Source: Candidatus Omnitrophota bacterium (GTDB lineage: Bacteria; Omnitrophota; Gorgyraeia; 2-01-FULL-45-10). From it: a stretch of DNA of 64,000 nucleotides. Made by a program: the position numbers and the translations under genes. This document shows, piece by piece, positions 27,808 to 36,534 of the stretch. The stretch is from positions 7,887-71,886 of the forward strand of contig JAUYOL010000011.1 in the NCBI GenBank assembly GCA_030695905.1, written 5' to 3'. The notes under the pieces were generated by a model. It was given only the letters and a program-made list of their open reading frames with translations. It made no database searches and was not told the DNA's origin. The number at the start of each line of letters is the position of its first letter. Position 1 is the stretch's first letter.

Positions 27808-28821
27808 TTAAACAAGCCCTTCCGTCTCGTCGAATCCGGCTATTATATTCATATTCTGTACTGCCTGGCCCGCCGCGCCCTTTTTAAGATTATCTATGCA
27901 CGCGACGGCTATCAGCATATCACCGGTAACCTTCAAGCCTATATCGCAGTAATTCGAACCGACTATGTCTCTTATCTGCGGCAGCTTCCCTTCATCATAT
28001 ACCCTTACAAAAGGCTTGCCGCTGTAAAACTTCTTGTAAATATCTATCGCACTTTCCGTGTCGAGCTTCTTCGTCAGCTTCATATATATAGTAGAGAGTA
28101 TGCCTCTATTCATAGGTATAAGATGGGGTGTAAATACAACCTCCATCTTTTTGCCTCCGATTTCCGACAGTATCTTGTTTATCTCGGGCTTATGCTGGTG
28201 GTCATTGACCTTGTATGCCTTAAGATTCTCATTTACCTCACTGAATGATAGCGCGAGATCGGGCTTTCTGCCCGCGCCGGTAACTCCGCTTTTTGAATCT
28301 ATTATGACAGAACCGTCGTCTATCGCTTTCTCCTTGACCATTGGCGAAATACCTAAAATAGCGCTGGTGGGATAACATCCCGGATTCGCTATTAACTTGG
28401 CCTTCTTTATCTTCTCCGAATAGATTTCCGGTAAACCGTATACCGCAACAGGCAGATTAGCCTTATCGCTATGATCTGTGCCATACCAGGTTTTATATAC
28501 ATCGGCGTCAAGCCTATAGTCGGCGCTTAAATCTATGACTATCTTGCCCGCCTTCAGGAACACGGGCGCTATCTGCATCGAAATTTTATGAGGAAGCGCC
28601 AGAAATACCAGATCAATATTTTTAGCCATCTTTTCGGCATCCGGCTTATGACACACAAGATCACATCTTCCTTTGAATGCCGGAAATATCGAAGATATGG
28701 GCTCTTCCTTATCAATAACGGCGGACAGTTCCGTTATCTTCACGCCCTTGTGATTGATCAAAATTTTTATGACTTCTTCGCCGGCGTAACCTGTCGCGCC
28801 GACAACTCCAACCTTTAACAT
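27808..28821 (-). CDS. argC: N-acetyl-gamma-glutamyl-phosphate reductase
   Basis: GATGYAG, DLSADYR, NPGCYPT, SGVTGAGR, DNLKKGAAGQA. Start placed at ATG 28821 after SD AAGGAG. Confidence 0.98.
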   Translation of the reverse strand: MLKVGVVGATGYAGEEVIKILINHKGVKITELSAVIDKEEPISSIFPAFKGRCDLVCHKPDAEKMAKNIDLVFLALPHKISMQIAPVFLKAGKIVIDLSADYRLDADVYKTWYGTDHSDKANLPVAVYGLPEIYSEKIKKAKLIANPGCYPTSAILGISPMVKEKAIDDGSVIIDSKSGVTGAGRKPDLALSFSEVNENLKAYKVNDHQHKPEINKILSEIGGKKMEVVFTPHLIPMNRGILSTIYMKLTKKLDTESAIDIYKKFYSGKPFVRVYDEGKLPQIRDIVGSNYCDIGLKVTGDMLIAVACIDNLKKGAAGQAVQNMNIIAGFDETEGLV

Positions 28822-28835
28822 ATCCCTCTCCTTTT

Positions 28836-28940
28836 CTGCTTCGCCCTTCAACTTGTAGTATCCAGTTGGGCTTCGCAGGAATTTCTTGTAAGGCCCTACG
28901 AAGCCATACCTGAATTCTCAATATTTGAACGGCGAAGTAG
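28836..28940 (-). promoter_or_regulatory. Structured 5' leader / inverted pair of palindromic units upstream of argC
   Basis: CTACTTCGCCGTTCAA pairs with TTGAAGGGCGAAGCAG, and GGCTTCGTAGG pairs with CCTGCGAAGCC. The right arm ends just before the SD. Confidence 0.55.
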
Positions 28941-28964
28941 GCCCTTCCGTCGAGTAAAGTATTT

Positions 28965-28993
28965 ATATTAAATTAAAAAACCTATCCTGTCAA
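28965..28993 (-). promoter_or_regulatory. Sigma70 promoter of the arg/lys/dap operon
   Basis: TTGACA-17nt-TAATAT, with the -35 embedded in the rpsI terminator stem. Confidence 0.65.
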
Positions 28994-29028
28994 CTAAAAT
29001 ATCGTCGGAAGTTGACAAGATAGGTTTT
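28975..29028 (-). terminator. rplM-rpsI terminator
   Basis: AAAACCTATCTTGTCAACT...AGTTGACAGGATAGGTTTTTT. Confidence 0.75.
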
Positions 29029-29050
29029 AAATTGTCGTCGAGGTTTTTAA

Positions 29051-29446
29051 TTACCTCTTAGTATATTGGAATCTCCTTCTTGCTCGCTTACGGCCATACT
29101 TTTTGCGCTCCCTGGCGCGCGCGTCGCGCGTAAGGAACTTGGCCTTTTTGAGGGTAGACTTTAAGCTCTCCTGTATTTTAACAAGAGCTCTTGCTATGCC
29201 TAATTTCATCGCACCGGCCTGCCCGCTGGCCCCGCCGCCTGCCACCATCGCAAATATGTCGTATTGGTCCGGTAATTTAACCAGTTCGAGCGGCTGCATA
29301 ATAATAAGGCGATGACTTTCCCTGATGAAATAGTCATTGAACGGCCTTTTATTTACCGTCATCTTTCCGCTTCCTGGAATCATGCGGACACGCGCGGTAG
29401 CCTCTTTGCGTCTTCCGGTTGCAAAATATTGGACTTTCTCTGTCAT
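29051..29446 (-). CDS. rpsI: 30S ribosomal protein S9
   Basis: TGRRK.A.ARV, GGG.SGQAGA, LTRD.R.RERKKYG, QYTKR. Confidence 0.99.
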   Translation of the reverse strand: MTEKVQYFATGRRKEATARVRMIPGSGKMTVNKRPFNDYFIRESHRLIIMQPLELVKLPDQYDIFAMVAGGGASGQAGAMKLGIARALVKIQESLKSTLKKAKFLTRDARARERKKYGRKRARRRFQYTKR

Positions 29447-29469
29447 TATCTTATATACTCCTTAGTGCT

Positions 29470-29898
29470 TTACACAGCCAGCGGCTTTGGCATCTGAGCC
29501 TTATGCGGATGGTTCTCATCTGCATATACCCTAAGCTTTTTCAGCAACTTAGCCCCAAGCTTACTTTTGGGAAGCATCCCCTTAACCGCGTGCCTTATAA
29601 CGTAGTCCGGATGCTTCTTCATCTTAGTAGCGAGATTTTCCTTATGCAAACCGCCTGGATAGGCAGAATATCTCAGATACATCTTATCTTCGATCTTATT
29701 ACCCGTAACTTTGATCTTGCTCGCGTTTATTACGATAACCTCATCGCCCGTATCCTGGTGAGGTGAATATATAACTTTGTTTTTACCTATCAATACAGCG
29801 GCTATCTTGGACGCAAGCCTGCCCAGCACCTTGTCTTTTGCGTCGACAATGTACCAAGCTTTTTGTATATCCTTTGTTTTCGCTATATAAGTCGTCAT
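29470..29898 (-). CDS. rplM: 50S ribosomal protein L13
   Basis: WYIVDA...LGRLA, PH.DTGD.VIVINA, GMLPK, HPH.AQ.P. Confidence 0.99.
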   Translation of the reverse strand: MTTYIAKTKDIQKAWYIVDAKDKVLGRLASKIAAVLIGKNKVIYSPHQDTGDEVIVINASKIKVTGNKIEDKMYLRYSAYPGGLHKENLATKMKKHPDYVIRHAVKGMLPKSKLGAKLLKKLRVYADENHPHKAQMPKPLAV

Positions 29899-29955
29899 AA
29901 CCCCTTCTTTGTCCTTATTAAATAGAACCGCCTCTTATTATTCAAGAGGCGGTAA

Positions 29956-29984
29956 ATGATACCATACACACTATGCATTGTCAA
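29956..29984 (-). promoter_or_regulatory. Sigma70 promoter of rplM-rpsI
   Basis: TTGACA-17nt-TATCAT with TG extension; hairpin accgcctctt/aagaggcggt at 29927-29953. Confidence 0.65.
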
Positions 29985-29997
29985 CTAAAATATATAA

Positions 29998-30615
29998 TTA
30001 AAGAACGCCCCGCTGACTTAAGTCTTCTTTCAGCTTATCGGCACCCTCGTATCTTATGGACTCTATGCCAAAATCGCTGGCCTCTCTTATCAGATCCTCG
30101 CGGTCATCTATATATATAACCTGCGACTTATCACCGCCTGCCTTACTTACGGCGTCCTCAAATATCTTCTTTTCGGGCTTCATAGCGCCCACGGCAAAAG
30201 ACAGGATAACCTCGTCAAATATCTTTATTATATCAAATTTTTTCTCTATATACTCAAAATGCAGCCTATTAACATTGGAAAGCAAAAACAATTTATATTT
30301 TGACTTCAACTGCCTTGCCAGATTGCAAGACTCTTTATCCTCCCAGAATATATCGTTCCATATCGAAACAAAGTCATTAAATGGTATCTTTATATTAAGA
30401 AACTCTGTTACGCGTGAATAAAATACCTTCGGCGATATAAGGCCTTTTTCAAAGTCCCTCGTGATTTCTGAGTCAAAAAAAAGACTGCGAACCTTTTCGG
30501 AATCTAAATGAAAAAGACTCGCTATCTTCTTTGCCGATATCCTGTGGTCAAACCTGATTAAGGTATTACCTAAGTCAAATATTATTACTTTGACAGATTT
30601 GTTCCGTGATAACAC
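29998..30615 (-). CDS. HAD-superfamily phosphatase (YihX-like)
   Basis: FDLGNTL, LLSN, KP...IF, YIDD. Confidence 0.9.
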   Translation of the reverse strand: MLSRNKSVKVIIFDLGNTLIRFDHRISAKKIASLFHLDSEKVRSLFFDSEITRDFEKGLISPKVFYSRVTEFLNIKIPFNDFVSIWNDIFWEDKESCNLARQLKSKYKLFLLSNVNRLHFEYIEKKFDIIKIFDEVILSFAVGAMKPEKKIFEDAVSKAGGDKSQVIYIDDREDLIREASDFGIESIRYEGADKLKEDLSQRGVL

Positions 30616-30830
30616 TTCATTGCCTTTGGATTACAAAACGACTTGCCATGAGACGCAAATTTTACACTGCTCTCAACGGCGGTGGCCATAAGGCTCAACG
30701 CTATAATAGCTATGCCGAGAGTATAACCAAGCGTCTTTAATAACCCTTCTTGCTTTTGGGCAAGTACACAGAGGACATAACCGATACCGAGCGACATAAA
30801 CAACATGAACGCGCCCTTCATTAAATACAT
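30585..30830 (-). CDS. Small two-TM hypothetical membrane protein
   Basis: SD AGGAGG; two hydrophobic helices (GY.LCVLA.K.EG.LK.LG). Confidence 0.75.
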   Translation of the reverse strand: MYLMKGAFMLFMSLGIGYVLCVLAQKQEGLLKTLGYTLGIAIIALSLMATAVESSVKFASHGKSFCNPKAMKCYHGTNLSK

Positions 30831-30862
30831 CTTCCCCCTCCTTCCCTGCCCTTAGGCAGGCT

Positions 30863-31597
30863 TTAGTACTCCACCTTCATCAAACAGAGCCCTTTTGCCG
30901 GCGCTGTCGGCCCTACAAGAGCCCTGGTCTTCGTCTTTAAAATTTCATTCACTATGGATTCGGATAACTTTCCGCGGCCTATCTCCAATAGTGTTCCGGA
31001 GATTGTCCTGACCATGTTGTACAAGAACCCGTCGGCACATACATCAATATATACCAAATCGCCGCATCTTTCAACTTTAATATTCTTTATCGTACGGATA
31101 GTATTTTTCTCTTTTGACCCGGAGGCTTGAAACGCCTTAAAATCGTGCCTGCCCACAAGCGTTGCCGCCGATCTTCTCATGCGGCTTATATTCAGCGGAT
31201 AGGAAAACCTCGCGACAAAATGTCTTATAAATGGGTCTACAAAATGTGAGGTCGTTACGGTATAACGGTAGTGCTTCGACTTTGCGCATCTCTGGGCGTC
31301 AAATCCCGAAGATACCTGTTCTATGGAGTTCACTAATATATCGTCGGGCAAAGCGCTATTCAGCGCCGCCTTGATTTTATTTATAGGAAGTTTTGAATTT
31401 GTCCGAAAATTAGCCACCTGATACCTGGCATGCACGCCGGAATCGGTCCTGCCGGAGCCTCTTAATTTCACGGTGTGTCCCATTATTTTTTTGAGGAGAG
31501 ATTCCAGGACCTGCTGGATGGACTTTGCGTTCTTTTGAAACTGCCAGCCGGCGTAACGCGTGCCGTCATAACTTATGCTAAGCCTTACATTACGCAC
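30863..31597 (-). CDS. truA: tRNA pseudouridine(38-40) synthase
   Basis: YDGT.Y.GWQ, GRTDSGVHA, G.HDF.AF, FLYNMVR, APAKGL.L. Confidence 0.98.
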   Translation of the reverse strand: MRNVRLSISYDGTRYAGWQFQKNAKSIQQVLESLLKKIMGHTVKLRGSGRTDSGVHARYQVANFRTNSKLPINKIKAALNSALPDDILVNSIEQVSSGFDAQRCAKSKHYRYTVTTSHFVDPFIRHFVARFSYPLNISRMRRSAATLVGRHDFKAFQASGSKEKNTIRTIKNIKVERCGDLVYIDVCADGFLYNMVRTISGTLLEIGRGKLSESIVNEILKTKTRALVGPTAPAKGLCLMKVEY

Positions 31598-32435
31598 TTA
31601 CAACTTCGTGTTCTATTGTATTCATCCCGCTGTCTTTTCCGCTGTACATAACGCTGCCTACTTTTTTCATCATCTCTTCTACGGAGGACGGAGCTTTTAA
31701 GAATGTCACGGTGCCAAATGTAAAAGTTACCGGCCACTCATTCTTCTCCATCGTATTTAAAAGGACGTTGCGGATCCTGCTTAAAACTACCTGCGCGGCC
31801 TCGGCCCCCGTCTCCGGAAGCAATATTGCAAACTCATCCCCCCCGAACCTGGAGATAAGATCTATTTTGCGCAAATTTTTCCCTATTGTATCCACGACAC
31901 AGCGCAAAAGCTTGTCTCCTGTGTGGTGGCCAAAACGATAGTTTATCACTTTAAGGCTGTCTATATCTACATACGCTACCGTAAATGGATGCTTATATCT
32001 GCCAAGGCGCTCTATCTCCATGAAGGCAATATCATAAAAAGCTTTTCTATTCATAGCGCCTGTTAACGCGTCTGTCCTCGAGAGCTCTTCATTTATGCCC
32101 AAAGCGTCTTTAAGTATGCACAATAGATAAACCACGAGAAAGAAGAATACAAGCTCCATGGACATATTCAGGTAAGATATGGACGCGTGAGAAGAGTACA
32201 TCCTGTCATTTATACTTTCCACGACCCAAATTAAAGCACATATTACCGCCGCTATAACGCCGAGTCTTCTGGTAGTGAACCATACAAAAAAATGCACTGG
32301 GATAAGATAGAATACCAAAAAAGACAGGTTGTCACCCGTGATGCGATCGGCAAGGCCGGCGGCGGCTACAATTATCAGGCCTATCGCTACGAGTAGCGGC
32401 CTCGGCTGCTTACGTAATAAGTCATATAAAGTCAT
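31590..32435 (-). CDS. Membrane-bound diguanylate cyclase
   Basis: N-terminal TM helices, D.LTG..NR, intact RFGGDEF. The usual N-D of IND.FGH reads INY, so activity is uncertain. Confidence 0.88.
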   Translation of the reverse strand: MTLYDLLRKQPRPLLVAIGLIIVAAAGLADRITGDNLSFLVFYLIPVHFFVWFTTRRLGVIAAVICALIWVVESINDRMYSSHASISYLNMSMELVFFFLVVYLLCILKDALGINEELSRTDALTGAMNRKAFYDIAFMEIERLGRYKHPFTVAYVDIDSLKVINYRFGHHTGDKLLRCVVDTIGKNLRKIDLISRFGGDEFAILLPETGAEAAQVVLSRIRNVLLNTMEKNEWPVTFTFGTVTFLKAPSSVEEMMKKVGSVMYSGKDSGMNTIEHEVVSA

Positions 32436-32505
32436 TTTGCGCTCGCCTCCCTATTTGTATATTTAAGTTAATTTTATCCGACTTTTATCCCTTTTGCAAG
32501 GTAAT

Positions 32506-32534
32506 TTGAATTATATTGATATGTAGTGTATAAT
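32506..32534 (+). promoter_or_regulatory. Sigma70 promoter, probably giving a leaderless or near-leaderless mRNA
   Basis: TTGAAT-17nt-TATAAT ending 8 nt before ATG 32543; no SD. Confidence 0.6.
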
Positions 32535-32542
32535 CTAATCTT

Positions 32543-32908
32543 ATGAGATACGCGATCTTACCGATAATTGCTTTAATGATTGGCGCGGGAATACTGTATG
32601 CGCAGGATGATGGCGACAGTGGCGTTGAACCGGGCATCATGCAAACACAAACCGGAAGCTTGACCGTGGGAGCCGGCCTGACCCAGAAACAGGTTGGAAA
32701 TTTTTCCGTAGTCTCCGCCGAAGACGCGGACGTAACAACCGACGGGAAAACTGTATATATGGAAGATATTTATGAGTATGTCGGCAGAAAATTTAAAGCA
32801 GTTGAAGCACGCCTGAAAAAAATAGAAACCGGACAGGAAGATATTAAAAACAGACTTAAGAAGCTTGAGGATAGCCTCACTAAAGATAAAGCCGCATCAC
32901 TCAGATAA
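32543..32908 (+). CDS. Secreted hypothetical protein with C-terminal coiled coil
   Basis: Signal peptide ...ILYA-Q; heptad pattern VEARLKKIETGQEDIKNRLKKLE; fills a gap between minus-strand genes. Confidence 0.8.
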   Translation: MRYAILPIIALMIGAGILYAQDDGDSGVEPGIMQTQTGSLTVGAGLTQKQVGNFSVVSAEDADVTTDGKTVYMEDIYEYVGRKFKAVEARLKKIETGQEDIKNRLKKLEDSLTKDKAASLR

Positions 32909-32923
32909 CTGCTGCAGCGAACC

Positions 32924-33250
32924 TCACAGCTTTATCCTGTCCTGCCTGCTGACGATCAGGCCGAATACGATCCAGCTTATTATGATTATGGATACGCTTA
33001 CCGCGATACAATTCAATATGACTATACCTCTATCCAATTTTATCGTCTCTTTTTTTAGCACATCCATTATGTAGTTGTTTTCAGAATCCTTTAGAATCTG
33101 TCCGGATTTAACCTGCTCTACCATGATCGCTTTTATCTTATTTTCAAGCGAACCCATCTTTCTGTATAAAGGCAGGCCTATAACAATATAGTTGAACACT
33201 ATTACCGCTAAAAGCGTTACTCCTACCCAGACTCTTGCCTTTTTAAGCAT
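32924..33250 (-). CDS. Hypothetical two-TM membrane protein
   Basis: Two hydrophobic helices, SD AAGGAG, overlaps the aroK stop. Confidence 0.75.
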   Translation of the reverse strand: MLKKARVWVGVTLLAVIVFNYIVIGLPLYRKMGSLENKIKAIMVEQVKSGQILKDSENNYIMDVLKKETIKLDRGIVILNCIAVSVSIIIISWIVFGLIVSRQDRIKL

Positions 33251-33770
33251 TTTTCTCCTTAGCGGACTCTGCTATGCTAACTATCTTGTCCACAACCTGA
33301 TTCACTGTGAAAATGCCTGTATCGATACAATGATCGGCCTTCGCGTAAAACGGTGCGCGCTTAGCGAGTAAGCTGCGTATCTTCTGTTTCGGGTCTTCCA
33401 CATTAAGCAATGGCCTGTGTTTATATTTTTTCGTTCTCGCCATTATAGTCTCTTCGTCCGCCATCAAACATATAGTGACACCGCTCGCTTTCATATTGGC
33501 CCAATTCTCATCCCTCAATACCGCCCCGCCTCCGGCATCTATGATAGCATTATCAGTAGCACAGGCTTCGCTTAATACCTCGCTTTCGACATTCCTGAAA
33601 TAATCTTCTCCCTTTTTGGTAAAGATCTCGTTTATCGTCGCCTTTTCCCTCTTTTCGATCATGTCATCTATAGAGATGTAATTCATGCCAAGCCGGTGCG
33701 ACAGCTTAATCGCTATGGTAGTCTTACCGCTTCCCATAAATCCAACGAGAATAATATTTTTCTTGATCAT
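33243..33770 (-). CDS. aroK: Shikimate kinase
   Basis: GFMGSGKTT, GE.YFR..E, GGG, RPLL, R.PFY. Start moved to ATG 33770 because the ORF-track extension overlaps aroC. Confidence 0.96.
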   Translation of the reverse strand: MIKKNIILVGFMGSGKTTIAIKLSHRLGMNYISIDDMIEKREKATINEIFTKKGEDYFRNVESEVLSEACATDNAIIDAGGGAVLRDENWANMKASGVTICLMADEETIMARTKKYKHRPLLNVEDPKQKIRSLLAKRAPFYAKADHCIDTGIFTVNQVVDKIVSIAESAKEKNA

Positions 33771-33775
33771 TAATA

Positions 33776-34900
33776 TTAGAACTTCCTTATTTGCGCCAAA
33801 TATCCGCTGTAATTTCTCTTCATCTCGGTAATGGAATCCCCGCCGAATTTCTCTATAAATGAGTTTGCGATCTCTATAGCCGATACGGCCTCGCCGATTA
33901 CTGCGGCCGCGGGAACGGCGCACACATCGGATCTTTCCACGGTGGCCTTAACTTTCTTCTTCGTCCTGATATTTATGGTAGATAGCGGCCTTATAAGCGT
34001 GGATATAGGCTTCATGGCCGCCTTTATAATTATATCTTCGCCTGTCGTCATGCCGCCCTCTATTCCTCCGGCATTATTGGTCTTTCTGTAGAATCCGTCC
34101 TTTTTGGCATGGAATATTTCATCGTGGACTCCCGAACCTTTTGCCGCGGCGGCTTCGAAACCCATGCCGAAACTTACTCCCTTTATCGCCTGAATGGACA
34201 TTATCGCTCTCGCGAGATTCGCGTCTATCTTCCTGTCCCATTGAACATAGCTGCCCAGCCCCGGCACAACACCGTGTATAACGACTTCAAACACTCCGCC
34301 CAATGTATCGCCCGCTCTTGCCGCTTTGTCTATCTGCTCGCACATAAGTGACGACGCGTGCGGATCGGCGCACATTACCGGAGACTTGCCTGATATTGAA
34401 ACTATCTTTTCGACAGTCAGGCCCTTTGCCCTGGACTGCGCCGCGCCTATGGCAACAACATGGCTTGCTATTTTTACGCCGAATTGCGCCAAGAATATCT
34501 TCGATACCGCTCCCGCTGCGACTCTGGCCACTGTTTCTCTGGCGCTGGCTCTTTCAAGGACGCTGCGGATATCATCGAGATTATATTTCAGCACTCCGGT
34601 TAAGTCCGCATGTCCGGGACGCGGTTCATAAACTTTTGGAAGCCTGTCGATAGACTGATCTATGTTCTTTACGAGAAGTGATATGGGGCTGCCTATCGTC
34701 TTGCCGGCTCTTAACCCCGAAAGGATCTCTACCTTGTCTGTCTCTATCTGCATACGCTTGCCGCGGCCGTATCCGAGCATGCGTTTTGCCAGCTCATCAT
34801 CCACTATTGTCTTGTCGATATACACCCCCGCAGGCATACCGTCAATGATAGTAAGCATGCATCTTCCGTGCGATTCACCGCCTGTCAAGTATCGAAGCAT
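33776..34900 (-). CDS. aroC: Chorismate synthase
   Basis: GESHG, PRPGHAD, ERASARET, NNAGGIEGG, MKPIST, RSDVC.VP. Confidence 0.99.
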   Translation of the reverse strand: MLRYLTGGESHGRCMLTIIDGMPAGVYIDKTIVDDELAKRMLGYGRGKRMQIETDKVEILSGLRAGKTIGSPISLLVKNIDQSIDRLPKVYEPRPGHADLTGVLKYNLDDIRSVLERASARETVARVAAGAVSKIFLAQFGVKIASHVVAIGAAQSRAKGLTVEKIVSISGKSPVMCADPHASSLMCEQIDKAARAGDTLGGVFEVVIHGVVPGLGSYVQWDRKIDANLARAIMSIQAIKGVSFGMGFEAAAAKGSGVHDEIFHAKKDGFYRKTNNAGGIEGGMTTGEDIIIKAAMKPISTLIRPLSTINIRTKKKVKATVERSDVCAVPAAAVIGEAVSAIEIANSFIEKFGGDSITEMKRNYSGYLAQIRKF

Positions 34901-34910
34901 ATGGCCCTCC

Positions 34911-35687
34911 TTAAAAAGTTCCCTGAAATAGAAATTTTAAAACTTTTTCTCCGAAAAAAATAGAAGATACGGCCGCCATAGATAGATACGGCCCGTAGGG
35001 AATTATATCCTTACCTTCTCTTATCTTCAATATTATGCCCACCACAGAGCCGAATATCGGCGCTGTAAAAAAAGTCAATATCGTCAGCTTCCACCCTATA
35101 AAAGATCCTATCATCGCAAGCAGTTTAACATCTCCTCCGCCCATCGCCTCTTTTTTAAAAGCAAACTCGCCCAACATGCCCATCGCATAGATCATCATGC
35201 CGCCTGCCATTGCCCCCAAAAATGAATTTAAGACTCCACCCAGCCTTGTAGGTTCGTTCAATACCGACGGAAACGCTGCCGATAGAGCCAACCCGACTAT
35301 GAGGCCGCCCACGGATATCTCATCGGGTATCTCTTGTATCTCAAAATCCACAAATGTAGCTATTACCAGGCCACAGACCATGATAATGTACGCGAAAAAT
35401 TTCGCGCTGATACCGAAAGATACGAAAAGCGCCAAAAACGCCAGCGCGGTAATGACCTCTACTATAAAATACCTGAAAGAAATTTTTGCCTTACAGCATC
35501 TTGCTTTACCACCCAGAAATATGTAGGCCAGTATAGGTATGTTGTCAAACCAGCGTATCTTAGCCGCGCAATTAGGGCAATGCGATCCCGGAATGATCAC
35601 GGAGCGCCCTTTTGGAAGGCGGTATATGCACACGTTCAAGAAACTGCCCACTATCGCGCCAAAAATAAATACAAAGGCCTTATCCAT
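34911..35687 (-). CDS. pilD: Type IV prepilin peptidase
   Basis: GSFLNVCIYRLP, SHCP.C, DNIP, D...QEIPD, MGGGDVKL, PYGPYL. Confidence 0.95.
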   Translation of the reverse strand: MDKAFVFIFGAIVGSFLNVCIYRLPKGRSVIIPGSHCPNCAAKIRWFDNIPILAYIFLGGKARCCKAKISFRYFIVEVITALAFLALFVSFGISAKFFAYIIMVCGLVIATFVDFEIQEIPDEISVGGLIVGLALSAAFPSVLNEPTRLGGVLNSFLGAMAGGMMIYAMGMLGEFAFKKEAMGGGDVKLLAMIGSFIGWKLTILTFFTAPIFGSVVGIILKIREGKDIIPYGPYLSMAAVSSIFFGEKVLKFLFQGTF

Positions 35688-36534
35688 TATTCTCCATCGC
35701 TTCCTGCAAAGCTTTTCTCATCACCTCGACAGGCGCTTTCTTGCCTGTCCATAACTCAAATGCTATAGCGCCCTGATATAATAGCATCCCTAATCCAGTC
35801 GTAGCCTTCAGATTCTTTTTCAATGCCTCCCCAACAAGCTTGGTAACAGGCCTATTATAAACTAAATCATAGATGTATAAGTCTGGGTGTAAAAAATTCG
35901 AATCTATAGGAGACGGATCGTCGTCCTTCATCCCTATAGGAGTGGCCTGGACGAATAGGTCCGCATTCTCAAGATCTTTTTCAAAATCGCCTCTTTTCAT
36001 CACTTCAAGCTTACGCCAGCTATAATATTTTTCGAAATGCTTCTTAAGCTCGCCCGTCATATAGTTGTCTATGTCGGTAATATATATCTTCTTAGGCTTT
36101 TCTCCCAGATACATCACCACCGCCCTGGCCGCGCCTCCGGCGCCAAGCACAAATACGGTCTTATCTTCCGGCTTAAATTTAAGGTCCTCTATCAGTGATT
36201 TGTAAAAACCCGGTCCGTCGGTATTAAAACCGTGCAATTTTTTCGCGTCTACTTTAATAGTATTTACCGCGCCCAGCCTTGAGGCGTGCTCATCCAGAAT
36301 ACCGTTTTTTTCGATGTACCCTTTAGCCTTTACCTTATGGGGAATAGTTACATTTACGCCGGATATGCCATTTTTGGACAGGTCTTTTAGGAATGCTTCC
36401 AAGTCTTCGGGGAGAATATCGAATAATTTATATTCGGCATCGATCTTAAGCGCCTTGAACGCGGCATTATGCATGGCGGGAGAAAGAGAATGCCCAACCG
36501 GATGACCGATAAGCCCGTAAGTGAGTTTTGCCAT
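35680..36534 (-). CDS. aroE: Shikimate dehydrogenase
   Basis: HSLSP.MH, NVTIPHK, GAVNT, NTD, GAGGAA, GMLLYQG. Confidence 0.97.
   Translation of the reverse strand: MAKLTYGLIGHPVGHSLSPAMHNAAFKALKIDAEYKLFDILPEDLEAFLKDLSKNGISGVNVTIPHKVKAKGYIEKNGILDEHASRLGAVNTIKVDAKKLHGFNTDGPGFYKSLIEDLKFKPEDKTVFVLGAGGAARAVVMYLGEKPKKIYITDIDNYMTGELKKHFEKYYSWRKLEVMKRGDFEKDLENADLFVQATPIGMKDDDPSPIDSNFLHPDLYIYDLVYNRPVTKLVGEALKKNLKATTGLGMLLYQGAIAFELWTGKKAPVEVMRKALQEAMENNG

Noticed and set aside
28712-28921. 69-aa Arg-rich ORF as an arginine leader peptide
   Set aside because: It starts at TTG without an SD, and its Arg run comes from out-of-frame overlap with argC codons rather than from the leader.
28836-28940. 6S RNA or SRP RNA
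   Set aside because: Too short for a typical 6S, lacks the SRP GNRA/helix-8 motif, and has no own terminator. Kept only as a structured leader or repeat.
30845-30860. Small palindrome cctgcccttaggcagg after truA
   Set aside because: 6-bp stem, single copy in the window; too weak to call.
33771-33923. Arg-rich N-terminal extension of AroK in the ORF track
   Set aside because: It overlaps the aroC 3' end; the family N-terminus begins at ATG 33770.
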